Assembly: GCA_002493905.1 (NCBI GenBank)
Contig: DLAJ01000023.1
Span: 4,375-68,374, forward strand
Length of the DNA stretch: 64,000 bases
From: Lachnospiraceae bacterium UBA7050
Lineage (GTDB): Bacteria; Bacillota; Clostridia; Lachnospirales; Lachnospiraceae
Direction of reading: 5' to 3'
In this document: one piece after another, positions 18,947-28,001 of the stretch
Layout of the letters: the number at the start of each line of letters is the position of its first letter
How positions within the stretch are numbered: the stretch's first letter is position 1
Position numbers and translations under genes: made by a program
Notes under the pieces: model-generated
Database searches by the model: none
What the model was told of the DNA's origin: nothing
What the model saw: the letters and a program-made list of their open reading frames with translations, nothing else

Positions 18947-19801
18947 TCAAATGGCATCCACGATTTCTTTTGTTGTTTTCGGACGGTTCATGGTGTAGAT
19001 ATGTATGCCGTCCACATCATGCGCTTTCAGATCCCGGATCTGGGATACGGCAAATTCGATTCCGGCTTTCCTAAGGTCATCAGGCTTGTCGCTGTAATTG
19101 GCAATGATATCCGAAAGTGCCTTCGGAATCGAGGAACCGGATAAGGAAACGGTGCGCGTGATCTGATTGATGCTTGTGATCGGCATGATGCCGGGCAGGA
19201 TTGGCGAAGTAATGCCAATCTTGCGCGCAGCATCTGTAAAGCGGTAAAAACATTCATTATCAAAAAAGAGCTGGGAGATAAACAGGCTTGCGCCGGTTTC
19301 CTCTTTTTCCTTCATATAGGAAAGATCAGAAGCAAAGTCAGGCGCTTCGAAATGTTTTTCTGGATAGCAGGCACCCGCAAGTGTCAGTTCCAGACTCTTG
19401 TTTAAGTGCTCCATCAGGTCGGTTGCGTGCTCAAATTCACGGGAATTATATTGTTCATCCGTCATAGATTCGGGGCGGTCGCCGCGCAGGGCAAGGATGT
19501 TGCGCACGCCGCGGATTTTCATTTCACGGATGTTTTCGTCGATGGAAGCGATGGTAGAGCCGACGCAGGTCATGTGCGCGAGCGCATCGGTATGGAGCGT
19601 ATTCTGAATATAGCCTGCAATATCAAGCGTTTTTTTGGAGCGGCTTCCGCCCGCACCGTAGGTGACACTGATAAAATCGGGCTGGAGAGCGCTCAGTTTG
19701 TCCATCACCTCAAATGCGTTAGCAAATTCCTCGTCTTTTTTCGGCGGAAACACTTCGAAAGAGAGGGTCTTCTTACCTGTTTTTATTAAATCTGCAATCA
19801 T
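18947..19801 (-). CDS. metF: methylenetetrahydrofolate reductase
   Basis: MetF motifs LSFEVFPPKK, ISVTYGAGGS and ALRGD. The start MIADLIK.. at 19801 is preceded by GGAGG, and the longer GTG ORF to 19900 runs into the repeat array. Confidence 0.9.
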   Translation of the reverse strand: MIADLIKTGKKTLSFEVFPPKKDEEFANAFEVMDKLSALQPDFISVTYGAGGSRSKKTLDIAGYIQNTLHTDALAHMTCVGSTIASIDENIREMKIRGVRNILALRGDRPESMTDEQYNSREFEHATDLMEHLNKSLELTLAGACYPEKHFEAPDFASDLSYMKEKEETGASLFISQLFFDNECFYRFTDAARKIGITSPILPGIMPITSINQITRTVSLSGSSIPKALSDIIANYSDKPDDLRKAGIEFAVSQIRDLKAHDVDGIHIYTMNRPKTTKEIVDAI

Positions 19802-19881
19802 ATCTGCCTCCGGATCGGAACTTTTTCTTGAATTTCGTACCTGAATATCGTAACATGAAATCAGGATTAATTCAAGCGTGC

Positions 19882-19989
19882 GGCGGCATCCTGTTTGCAC
19901 AGTCTGTAGGCGGTATTCTGTTTGGACAGCCTGCAGGCGGTGTCATGTTTGGACAGTCAGCAACGGAACTCTGTTTGTACAGACGTAAC
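19882..19989. repeat. four tandem 27-bp (26-27) direct repeats, each with a CTGT-N4-ACAG dyad
   Basis: GGCGGCATCCTGTTTGCACAGTCTGTA / GGCGGTATTCTGTTTGGACAGCCTGCA / GGCGGTGTCATGTTTGGACAGTCAGCA / ACGGAACTCTGTTTGTACAGACGTAAC. They lie in the divergent metF / AAA+ ATPase intergenic region. Confidence 0.9.
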
Positions 19990-20110
19990 AGTTCGGCCAC
20001 ATGACATCACGAAGTCAATAATTGCATGCGTCCCGAAGGGACACATTTCTATGCAGTTTCGCGGGGCTGCGAGCTGCAAACCTGCAGGCGGCGCTTAAAT
20101 GGAGGGCATC

Positions 20111-20929
20111 ATGGAACAAAATTTTAAGGGAACAAACGAATATGTGGCGAGTGAACAGTTGATGGCGAGCGTGAATGTGGCGATTGCATTGCAAAAGCCC
20201 CTGCTGATCAAAGGAGAGCCGGGAACGGGAAAGACCATGCTGGCGCAGGCGGTTGCCAATGCACTTGGCAAAAAGCTCTATATCTGGAATATTAAATCGA
20301 CGACGAAGGCGCAGGAGGGGCTGTATGTCTACGATACGATCCAGCGTCTGTATGACGGACAGTTCGGCGAGGAGGGTGTGAGCGATATTGCCCGCTATAT
20401 CAAGCTTGGGAAGCTTGGCGAAGCGTTTGAGAGCGAAGAGCAGGTGATTCTGCTCATTGATGAGATTGATAAGGCGGATCTGGAATTTCCGAACGATCTC
20501 TTATGGGAACTGGACCAGATGGAATTTTATATTCATGAGACGCGGCGTACTGTGAAGGCAAAGCATCGTCCGATTGTGATCATTACCTCCAATGCGGAAA
20601 AGGAACTTCCTGATGCATTTTTAAGACGCTGTATTTTTCATTATATAGATTTCCCCGACAAGGAGCTGATGGAGCAGATCGTGCGCACGCATTACCCTGA
20701 TGTGGAGGAGCAATTACTGGAGCAGGCAATGCATGTCTTTTATCAGATTCGTACAATGCGCGATATCCGCAAAAAGCCGAGCACATCGGAGCTGATTGAC
20801 TGGATCAATGCGCTTCAGATCGGCGGCATCACGGCTGACCGCATCCGAAAAGAGCTGCCTTTTATCGGCGTGATCGTCAAAAAGGACGAGGATTTGGAGA
20901 CCGTACAGCAGGAGAAAGCTAAGCTGTAA
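20111..20929 (+). CDS. MoxR-like AAA+ ATPase
   Basis: Walker A GEPGTGKTMLA, Walker B ILLIDEIDKAD, and the small MoxR/CbbQ-like size. SD GGAGGG before the ATG at 20111, with an alternative ATG at 20099. Confidence 0.8.
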   Translation: MEQNFKGTNEYVASEQLMASVNVAIALQKPLLIKGEPGTGKTMLAQAVANALGKKLYIWNIKSTTKAQEGLYVYDTIQRLYDGQFGEEGVSDIARYIKLGKLGEAFESEEQVILLIDEIDKADLEFPNDLLWELDQMEFYIHETRRTVKAKHRPIVIITSNAEKELPDAFLRRCIFHYIDFPDKELMEQIVRTHYPDVEEQLLEQAMHVFYQIRTMRDIRKKPSTSELIDWINALQIGGITADRIRKELPFIGVIVKKDEDLETVQQEKAKL

Positions 20930-21042
20930 CAGGACAGATTATTCGGAAAATAGATCAGAAGGTCTGTAAAGGCACAGATATTGATAGCCGGGCACAGACA
21001 GATAATGGCAAAACCGAAAGGATTTCTGAAACGGAGTAAGAG

Positions 21043-22251
21043 ATGTTTAGTGAATTTTTTTATCAGCTGAGGAAGAACGGACTGGAAGTTTCTCTCGGAG
21101 AGTGGCTGACGCTTCAGGAGGCGCTTACAAAAGGGCTGCATGAGTCGAGCATGACAGGTTTTTATTATCTTGCCCGTATGATCCTTGTCAAGAGCGAGAC
21201 CGACTATGATAAATTTGACGTGACGTTTGAGGAGTGCTTTAAGACGAGAAAGCTGACGCCGGGAATTACCGAGACGATGCTTTCCTGGCTGAATAAAGAA
21301 GATATGAACGATCTGTTTCATGAGATGAACCGCGATTATATGAATCAGATCGAGGGCGAGGCGATGCACATTGACAAAGAAGACGTCGAAGATACGTTCA
21401 AGGACCGCTTAAAAGATCAGGATTCCGAGCATAACGGAGGGAGCTTCTGGATTGGCACGATGGGCAAGACGCAGTTCGGGAATACGGGTGGAAATATGGG
21501 CGGTATCCGTGTCGGCGGAAAGACGGGCTACCAGTCTGCGTTCGAGGTGGTAGGAGAGCGCAAGTACCGGGATTTCAGAGATGACAGGGTATTGTCCAAT
21601 CGGCAGTTTCAGCTTGCGTTTAAGCGGCTCCGTCAGTTTTCAACCAAACTGGATATACCGGAGACCGAGCTTGATATCGACGGCACAGTCGATAAGACAT
21701 GTAATAATGGGGGATGCCTGCAGATTGTCATGCAGAAGCCGAGAAAAAATGCGGTCAAGCTTCTTCTGTTAATGGATTCGGGCGGCACGATGATCCCATA
21801 CAGTTCTCTTTTGAATGAACTGTTTCAATCTGTCAATAAATCCAACCACTTTAAGGATATGAAGTGCTATTTTTTTCATAACTGCATTTACAGCAAGCTC
21901 TACCGGACACCGGAATGTGAGAACGGGGACTGGATTGATACGGAGTGGATGTTCCGCAATCTGGACAGCGATTATAAGGTTCTGATCGTGGGGGATGCGG
22001 CAATGGCGCCGGAGGAACTTTACGCGAAGGACGGAAATTACCGGGGACCGAATGACGGGCTTTCCGGCTGGGAATGGCTGCAGCTGATGAAACGTCATTA
22101 TAAAAAGATCGTCTGGATGAACCCGAAGATGGCGCCGGGCAATGCGCCGTGGCGTGAGGCGGAGACGGCAATCAAAGGGCTGCTTCCCATGTATAAATTG
22201 ACCGTGAAAGGCTTAAATGACGCTATGCAGAAATTGATGCAGACGAAATAA
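21043..22251 (+). CDS. VWA domain-containing protein, CoxE-like
   Basis: The N-terminus FFYQLRKNGLEVSLGEWLTLQEAL is typical of the CoxE/VWA_CoxE family. The C-terminal VWA core has LLLMDSGGTM (a DxSxS-like MIDAS). It follows the MoxR ATPase as in known ATPase-VWA pairs. Confidence 0.65.
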   Translation: MFSEFFYQLRKNGLEVSLGEWLTLQEALTKGLHESSMTGFYYLARMILVKSETDYDKFDVTFEECFKTRKLTPGITETMLSWLNKEDMNDLFHEMNRDYMNQIEGEAMHIDKEDVEDTFKDRLKDQDSEHNGGSFWIGTMGKTQFGNTGGNMGGIRVGGKTGYQSAFEVVGERKYRDFRDDRVLSNRQFQLAFKRLRQFSTKLDIPETELDIDGTVDKTCNNGGCLQIVMQKPRKNAVKLLLLMDSGGTMIPYSSLLNELFQSVNKSNHFKDMKCYFFHNCIYSKLYRTPECENGDWIDTEWMFRNLDSDYKVLIVGDAAMAPEELYAKDGNYRGPNDGLSGWEWLQLMKRHYKKIVWMNPKMAPGNAPWREAETAIKGLLPMYKLTVKGLNDAMQKLMQTK

Positions 22252-22254
22252 AGG

Positions 22255-22300
22255 ACGCCAAGGCGGCTTTCCATGCTGCCTTGGCGTTTCTTGTTTTGTT
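22255..22300. terminator. bidirectional terminator between convergent genes
   Basis: 10-bp stem ACGCCAAGGC/GCCTTGGCGT (22255-22264/22278-22287), followed by TTTCTTGTTTTGTTTT. Confidence 0.7.
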
Positions 22301-22349
22301 TTAGATGATGCCTGAAACTGCGTTCTGAATCAGAAGCTTCTAACGCTTG

Positions 22350-23372
22350 TTAAAGATAATAATATGGCAGAAAGAACAGGCAGACTGGTCTGAGCGCGGG
22401 TATGAAAGTAGTAATATCAACAAACACAGGAGTGAAGACCATACATCCTAGCAGATAAAACGGCAGTAAAAACAGAATGACCGTTTTTCTGCGCAGGACC
22501 ATATAGAGCAGCGAACAGAACAGGATTACGAGCAGGGCATATCCGGACAGGCTGAGCAGAGCGTATGCGCCGGTCGGCACTCCTGCAAAAAAAAGACTGA
22601 ATACTGCGGCAAGTGTCATGAGTAAGACCGGGGGAAAGAGTTCTGCAAAAAGCAGAAACTTTCGTCCGTTTTTTGTGACGGCACAATAAATTTGCGCCTC
22701 CGCGCTGCCGCAATAATTTAATAAACCCAAAAAGCCGCCGAGCAGAATCAGAATACTGCAAAGTCCTTTTAAGACCTGACTGCTTAAGCCGCTTCGGATA
22801 CCGTGATAGGACGAATAGGAGCCGCTGTAATCAAATGCAAAAGTGGAACCATTGACCATGTTTTCACGATAGAGAGATTCAATTTCACTCGTAGAAGGAT
22901 TCTCCAGAACACTGTCAGTAAGCAGATAGTCTGTCAGAATCGCAAGCGAATATTCTTCAAACAGTTCGGCATATACCACCTCATTTGATACATCTGCCAG
23001 CGTGGTCTCAGCAGAAATCACAAGGTCGATCAAATCCTGTTTTTTTCCCGTATTTAGTGCATCTACAAGCCCTGCGTGAAATACATAACCGCATTCGGCA
23101 TCCCCCGTCATGACGGCATGGTAAAGCGCTTCTTCGGAATCTGCCCGAATAAAGGTAATAACGCCCTCGCGTTCTGTGAGTTTCCGGGTAAGACCGGTGC
23201 AGAAAGAATCTTCATTTTCGGCATAGACATAAACGCAAAGACCTTGTTCACGGTCTGAACCCAGATGACGGTACGTCAGGGAGAATACCGGAAACAGGAG
23301 CAGGAGTGCAAGCACAGCAGGGCGTTTCAGACACCGTTTGAAATTGAGGAGCATATAGAGAAAAAAGCGCAT
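22350..23372 (-). CDS. ABC-2 type transporter permease-like membrane protein
   Basis: One N-terminal TM, a large extracytoplasmic loop, then 5-6 C-terminal TMs. It is the last gene of the minus-strand ABC operon. Confidence 0.6.
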   Translation of the reverse strand: MRFFLYMLLNFKRCLKRPAVLALLLLFPVFSLTYRHLGSDREQGLCVYVYAENEDSFCTGLTRKLTEREGVITFIRADSEEALYHAVMTGDAECGYVFHAGLVDALNTGKKQDLIDLVISAETTLADVSNEVVYAELFEEYSLAILTDYLLTDSVLENPSTSEIESLYRENMVNGSTFAFDYSGSYSSYHGIRSGLSSQVLKGLCSILILLGGFLGLLNYCGSAEAQIYCAVTKNGRKFLLFAELFPPVLLMTLAAVFSLFFAGVPTGAYALLSLSGYALLVILFCSLLYMVLRRKTVILFLLPFYLLGCMVFTPVFVDITTFIPALRPVCLFFLPYYYL

Positions 23373-23430
23373 TTGCGGGGACTCCTTTCATTAAATGTTA
23401 TCTTGCCCGTGCCTTTTAATGTGACTGCAG

Positions 23431-24666
23431 TCAACCTCGCCGTTTTGCGTGAAAGATGTGTGCAAGACATCCGCCGGAAAGAAAGAAGGCGGCATAGGCG
23501 GTAATCGGTAACAGATTATGGATTATGGCGTTGTGATCCAAAATCACATGTGCAGGAATGTTCAAAATGGCAAACAGCGTCTGCATCCAATAGCGCACAG
23601 GCAGAACGGCCGCGATATGCCTGCACCAGACAGGCAGGAACGCATTCGGCACAAAACAGCCGCTCACGAGCATCATGAGAACGGATGAGAAAAACAATAG
23701 CAGCATGGCGTGACCGGGCGATGGAACCAGTTCATACAGAAAAAAGAAAAAAGCACTGATGCTGAACAGGAGCGCAGCGGAAAGAGCGAGCATGAAAAGG
23801 CATTGCTGGAAGGAAAGCAGAAATGTCCGCGCCAGATAAGGCATAAAGGCAGCAAGGATGAAGAGCAGAATAAGCTGATAGAGAAAGATGCCGCTGATAC
23901 GTCCTAACAGTACAGTCGGATAGCCGATGCCGCAGGCACGCTCTTTTGCGTCGCAGGCGGCATTGCTTTTTCCATAAAAAGATAAATAGCAGATACCGAA
24001 CAGCAATAAGAACAAAAGGGCGGCGGAAGCGAGATAGTAGATCAGAACGGATTCTTCACCGGTTGCGTTGGCGTGTATGACATGGAATAAGTCGCCTCTG
24101 GAAAGCGCGTAGTTTAAGTTGCGCAGATCAAGTTCCATGTAAGCGTCGGACAGCGCGTCCATCTTATCTGCAATGTGATAGAGCGTAGTCATGGTATAAG
24201 TGCCGGCCTGCGCGGCGGAAAGTATTTTTGCACCGGCGGCGGAAAGTTCCTGAAGCAGGATTGCCGCAAGCGCATTCTTTTCGGATAACAGAACATGAAC
24301 ATGAAGATTGGTCCCGTCCATGATGCCCTCAATCACATTTTTCGGAACAAGCATAACGGCGGCTGCGGAACCGTTCTCCAGAGCGCTGTATGCGTTTTGC
24401 TCCGTCATCACCCGGAAAATGAAGTGCCCGGTACTCTGCATGTCAGAAAGAAAAGAAAGCAGAAGGTTCATCACTTCTGACTGGTCTTCGATCACGACGG
24501 CAACCGGAACGGAAACAGAGGTGTCGGAGGATTCCATTTCTTTTATGGCACAAAAAGCAATTGTACCGGCAAAAACTGCCAGTACAATTGCTCCCAGTAA
24601 CATCTGCGGACCATGCCGCAGCGCTCTTTTCAGTTGATAAAAAAGGTAGGTGCCGTGTTGTCGCAT
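23431..24666 (-). CDS. ABC-2 type transporter permease-like membrane protein
   Basis: It has the same architecture: TM1, a roughly 180-aa loop and a C-terminal TM bundle. Confidence 0.6.
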   Translation of the reverse strand: MRQHGTYLFYQLKRALRHGPQMLLGAIVLAVFAGTIAFCAIKEMESSDTSVSVPVAVVIEDQSEVMNLLLSFLSDMQSTGHFIFRVMTEQNAYSALENGSAAAVMLVPKNVIEGIMDGTNLHVHVLLSEKNALAAILLQELSAAGAKILSAAQAGTYTMTTLYHIADKMDALSDAYMELDLRNLNYALSRGDLFHVIHANATGEESVLIYYLASAALLFLLLFGICYLSFYGKSNAACDAKERACGIGYPTVLLGRISGIFLYQLILLFILAAFMPYLARTFLLSFQQCLFMLALSAALLFSISAFFFFLYELVPSPGHAMLLLFFSSVLMMLVSGCFVPNAFLPVWCRHIAAVLPVRYWMQTLFAILNIPAHVILDHNAIIHNLLPITAYAAFFLSGGCLAHIFHAKRRG

Positions 24667-24754
24667 AAATTTTCCTGTCTCAAAAAGCGTAACCGTTCAG
24701 CCTTTGACTTCATTGCCGCGCATGATGCACACAAAATGTCTGGAGTAAAACAAA

Positions 24755-27064
24755 TTACCAGTTATATTCATCATCGTAAAAGATATCATCATCGTTATAA
24801 AGCCCTCCGGCAATAAAGGAGCCGAGCGGACCGTTTAGCATATTTTCCATTATTTCTTCAGCGAGCACGTTAAAATCATCTTCTGTCATTGTAAAGAGAT
24901 CATATTTTGTGCCGGACGGTTCTTCAACGGAGCCATTCAGCTTAGAAACCGTAGAAGAACCGGAAAGACCAATCGTTAATTCGCCTGCGATGTCAAGTGT
25001 AAGGTCTTCCAGGTTGACTGTGAACTGCTCACCCGGTACCACATCCGTGTAGGAGTAGTCCAGATTCATGGAAAGAATGGACGTATACATTGCGGAAACG
25101 GACAGATCCATATGTGCGTCTTTTGTCTCAGTATCAAATGTAGAGACATACGTTGCATTCGCGACGGAGATGCCGGAGACATCAACAGACATGGTCGTAT
25201 TTTGTGTCGTAGTCGCACCGGAGGTATTCGTCGTGCTCTCAAAGCTGAAGCCGTAAGCATATCCTTCAATATTCATCGTGATATTGCCGGTTACATGGTC
25301 GGCTGGATTGTCGCCGAGCCCGGTAAAATCAATCTGACAGCTGAGCTCTGTCTGAGCGGATTCAATCGGGAGCTCGAAGGAAAAGCGCGCCATGCGTCCT
25401 TTGTTATCAACATAAACGTTCATTACAAAGTCTTCGCGGGGAAGGATTTCTGCGATTTCCTCATATTCAACCGGTGTGCCGAGCGAGCCTGCATAATCGC
25501 AGAACCACCGCAGGAGGTTTTCCATGGAGTCACGCGGGACAACAATCCGGTAACCCTGACAGGTCTGTGACTTTCCGTTTACCTGTAAATCTTTTTTATC
25601 CCCTTCTTCGTAGCGGATGGAATCCAGAAATTCCTGAAATTCATGAGGAACTTCTACATCTGTTTCCTGAGCGGTCGTAAACAGTTCAAAAAACTGAAAA
25701 CCGATTGACGGATCGATCGTTGTATCTAACGCCTCTGCAAGGGGAGAATTGTTGAAATCCGTACCGAAATTGGTGGTCTTAAATTCAATATAGCCATCAA
25801 ACAGACTCGGGCAGGCGAGCGCAATGTAATCGTCATAGGCATAGATTTCATAATCGATATAGGAGGTGCCGTCATAAAGGATGCTGCCGCCCCCGGCATA
25901 ACGCGCCGCATTTAAGTCGATGGCCGCAGCGGTTGTGAAGCCAAAGCCTTCCAGCATACTGATATCTTCGGCAAGAGAGCCGCTGACTTCATCAATGGTC
26001 ATATCCATATTGACCTGATAGGAGCTGTTCTGCGTGAGCATGGACAAATCCTGTGAACCGAGCCAGCCTGCTGCAGTCGATGTGCGTTCCGCAGAAAACG
26101 TATTTGACATAGCGGCCGTGACAGCTTCTTCAGGATTGTGCGGTTTTTTGGATACAAGAAAATAGATTCCAACTGCAATGGCAGCAACGAGCACAACACT
26201 GACGATCGGAATCCAGATCATCTTTTTTGATTTTTTCTTAGGGACTGCTGTGGGCGGAATGGAAGCAGGGTTTACATAATACGGATTCTGATAGCTCTGA
26301 GCGCCGCCATACTGAGAAGTCTGATTCACGCTATTTCCAAACTGCGCATTCGGATTCTGCTGGTAATTCTGATTATTATAGTATTGGGTATCTGACTGGT
26401 TTGCGCCTGCGTTGTATCCGGAATTTCCAGCAGTGCCGGTCATATTCTGAAAGCCCTGCGTAAATCCCTGAGCGCCGTTAAACTGCGCATTTGGGTTCTG
26501 CTGATACCCCTGAGCACCGTTAAACTGCGTATTCGGATTCTGCTGATACCCCTGAGCACCGTTAAACTGCGCATTCGGATTCTGCTGATATCCCTGAGCA
26601 CCGTTAAACTGCGCATTCGGATTCTGTTGATACCCCTGAGCACCGTTAAACTGCGCATTCGGATTCTGTTGATACCCCTGGGCACCGTAAAACTGTGCGT
26701 TCGGATTCTGCTGATATCCCTGAGCACCGTTAAACTGCGCATTCGGATTCTGCTGATAGTTCTGGGCACCGTAAAACTGTGCGTTCGGATTCTGCTGATA
26801 CCCCTGGGCACTGTTAAACTGTGCGTTCGGATTCTGCTGATACCCCTGGGCACTGTTAAACTGTGCGTTCGGGTTCTGCTGATAATCCTGTGCCGTCTGC
26901 TGTGATTCGGGTGCCGTCTGGGTCACAGATACATCTGCTGCGGGTGTATCAGATGCGGTAACCGTGCCGGTCATGTCCGCGCTGCCTGCGGGTTCGGGCG
27001 TTGTCTGTCCGGAGCCTGCGTCCACAGCCTGCACGGGAATTGTTTTTTCTTCTTCTGGATTCAT
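24755..27064 (-). CDS. single-pass membrane protein with an N-terminal Q/N-rich 14-aa repeat domain and a roughly 465-aa extracytoplasmic domain (hypothetical)
   Basis: Ten tandem copies of (Q)GYQQNPNAQFNGA plus one dispersed copy, KKKSKK followed by a TM (about aa 282-304), and a large Thr/Ser/Asp-rich C-terminal domain. The start overlaps the stop of the ABC ATPase gene (ATGA at 27061-27064). Confidence 0.75.
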   Translation of the reverse strand: MNPEEEKTIPVQAVDAGSGQTTPEPAGSADMTGTVTASDTPAADVSVTQTAPESQQTAQDYQQNPNAQFNSAQGYQQNPNAQFNSAQGYQQNPNAQFYGAQNYQQNPNAQFNGAQGYQQNPNAQFYGAQGYQQNPNAQFNGAQGYQQNPNAQFNGAQGYQQNPNAQFNGAQGYQQNPNTQFNGAQGYQQNPNAQFNGAQGFTQGFQNMTGTAGNSGYNAGANQSDTQYYNNQNYQQNPNAQFGNSVNQTSQYGGAQSYQNPYYVNPASIPPTAVPKKKSKKMIWIPIVSVVLVAAIAVGIYFLVSKKPHNPEEAVTAAMSNTFSAERTSTAAGWLGSQDLSMLTQNSSYQVNMDMTIDEVSGSLAEDISMLEGFGFTTAAAIDLNAARYAGGGSILYDGTSYIDYEIYAYDDYIALACPSLFDGYIEFKTTNFGTDFNNSPLAEALDTTIDPSIGFQFFELFTTAQETDVEVPHEFQEFLDSIRYEEGDKKDLQVNGKSQTCQGYRIVVPRDSMENLLRWFCDYAGSLGTPVEYEEIAEILPREDFVMNVYVDNKGRMARFSFELPIESAQTELSCQIDFTGLGDNPADHVTGNITMNIEGYAYGFSFESTTNTSGATTTQNTTMSVDVSGISVANATYVSTFDTETKDAHMDLSVSAMYTSILSMNLDYSYTDVVPGEQFTVNLEDLTLDIAGELTIGLSGSSTVSKLNGSVEEPSGTKYDLFTMTEDDFNVLAEEIMENMLNGPLGSFIAGGLYNDDDIFYDDEYNW
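26471..26890 (-). repeat. 42-bp tandem coding repeat, 10 copies
   Basis: Near-identical 42-nt units (plus strand ..CTGAGCACCGTTAAACTGCGCATTCGGATTCTGCTGATACCC..) encoding YQQNPNAQFNGAQG. Confidence 0.9.
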
Positions 27065-27762
27065 GGTTTTCCCTCCATTTGGTTTGTGGTTTGCTGGATC
27101 AGCGCAAGGAGCTGTTCCCCGCGCAGTGTCGTATCGGTTTGATGAAGCTGTCCGTCATACAAAAGATATAAACGGCTGCACAATACAAGCTCGGTTTCTT
27201 CATGAGTTGTAATGAGGACGGTTCCCCCATTTTTAAGATAAACGGATAGATAAGAGCGGATATCCGCTTTACACGGGAGGTCAAGCGCCGCGGATGGTTC
27301 ATCCAAAATCAAGATTCCCGGATGATTTTGGAGCGCCATTCCGATACTGACGCGTTTTTTCATGCCGCCGGACAGTTTTGCGGCGGGCATGTGCAGAAAA
27401 TCGGAAATACCCAGTAAATGAAGAAATCCTTCTGAAAGCTCCTGTTGAAACTGCCCGGCAGTTCCACGATACCATAGCTTTAAGTTGTCTTTGACTGATA
27501 AGTCGGGTATGAGCGGATTATCCTGCGGCACATATCCCAATACGCCGGATGATGCAAGTTTACTGTTAAGAGGCTTTCCATCATAAAGAATGCTGCCGCC
27601 TTTAGGTTTGCGGACGCCTGCGATCAGAGACAAAAGCGTCGACTTACCGCAGCCGTTTGCACCCAGAAATCCGATACAGTCTCCCTGTCTGATCTCAAGA
27701 CTGACAGAGCGAAGAATCTTTTTTTTGTGATAAGAAAAAGAAACATCTTCTATGGAAATCAT
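27061..27762 (-). CDS. ABC transporter ATP-binding protein
   Basis: Walker A GANGCGKST, signature LSGGMKKR, Walker B ILILDEP. It is the first gene of the operon. Confidence 0.9.
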   Translation of the reverse strand: MISIEDVSFSYHKKKILRSVSLEIRQGDCIGFLGANGCGKSTLLSLIAGVRKPKGGSILYDGKPLNSKLASSGVLGYVPQDNPLIPDLSVKDNLKLWYRGTAGQFQQELSEGFLHLLGISDFLHMPAAKLSGGMKKRVSIGMALQNHPGILILDEPSAALDLPCKADIRSYLSVYLKNGGTVLITTHEETELVLCSRLYLLYDGQLHQTDTTLRGEQLLALIQQTTNQMEGKP

Positions 27763-28001
27763 ATGCGGCTCCTCTCAAAAAACTATTATAACAAAGAAAA
27801 ATAAGGATGGCAACAATTTAGGAAAATTGTGCTTTCTATTGATTTAATATAAAATGAGGGAGATGATAGACAGGGAATCTAAAGTAGGGTTCACTGTTTT
27901 ATTTCACGAACAAAATTTACAAAATTTTATGTGATAGCCACTATTATTTTTCTGCACAATACGGTAAAATAGGAAAAAATACCCATGATTAGGAAATAAT
28001 C

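Noticed and set aside
19855-20004. 49-codon ORF through the 27-bp repeats, encoding GG(I/V)(L/M)F(A/G)Q(S/P)A three times. I considered it as a leader peptide or RiPP-like precursor.
   Set aside because: There is no Shine-Dalgarno sequence before the ATG at 19855, no adjacent modification or export genes, and the fourth repeat breaks the peptide periodicity. A DNA- or RNA-level role for the repeats is more parsimonious. The idea is kept only as a remark in the finding.
19802-20098. S-box (SAM) riboswitch expected upstream of metF.
   Set aside because: The conserved S-box core strings (for example the reverse complement of ..GAGGGACTGGCCC..) are not present in the metF 5' region on the minus strand.
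26471-26890. CRISPR-like appearance of the regular repeats. The same question applies to the arrays at 17657-17860, 19882-19989 and 55351-55407.
   Set aside because: The units are directly abutting with no unique spacers. Two of the arrays are in frame inside ORFs, and there are no cas genes, so these are tandem repeats and not CRISPR arrays.
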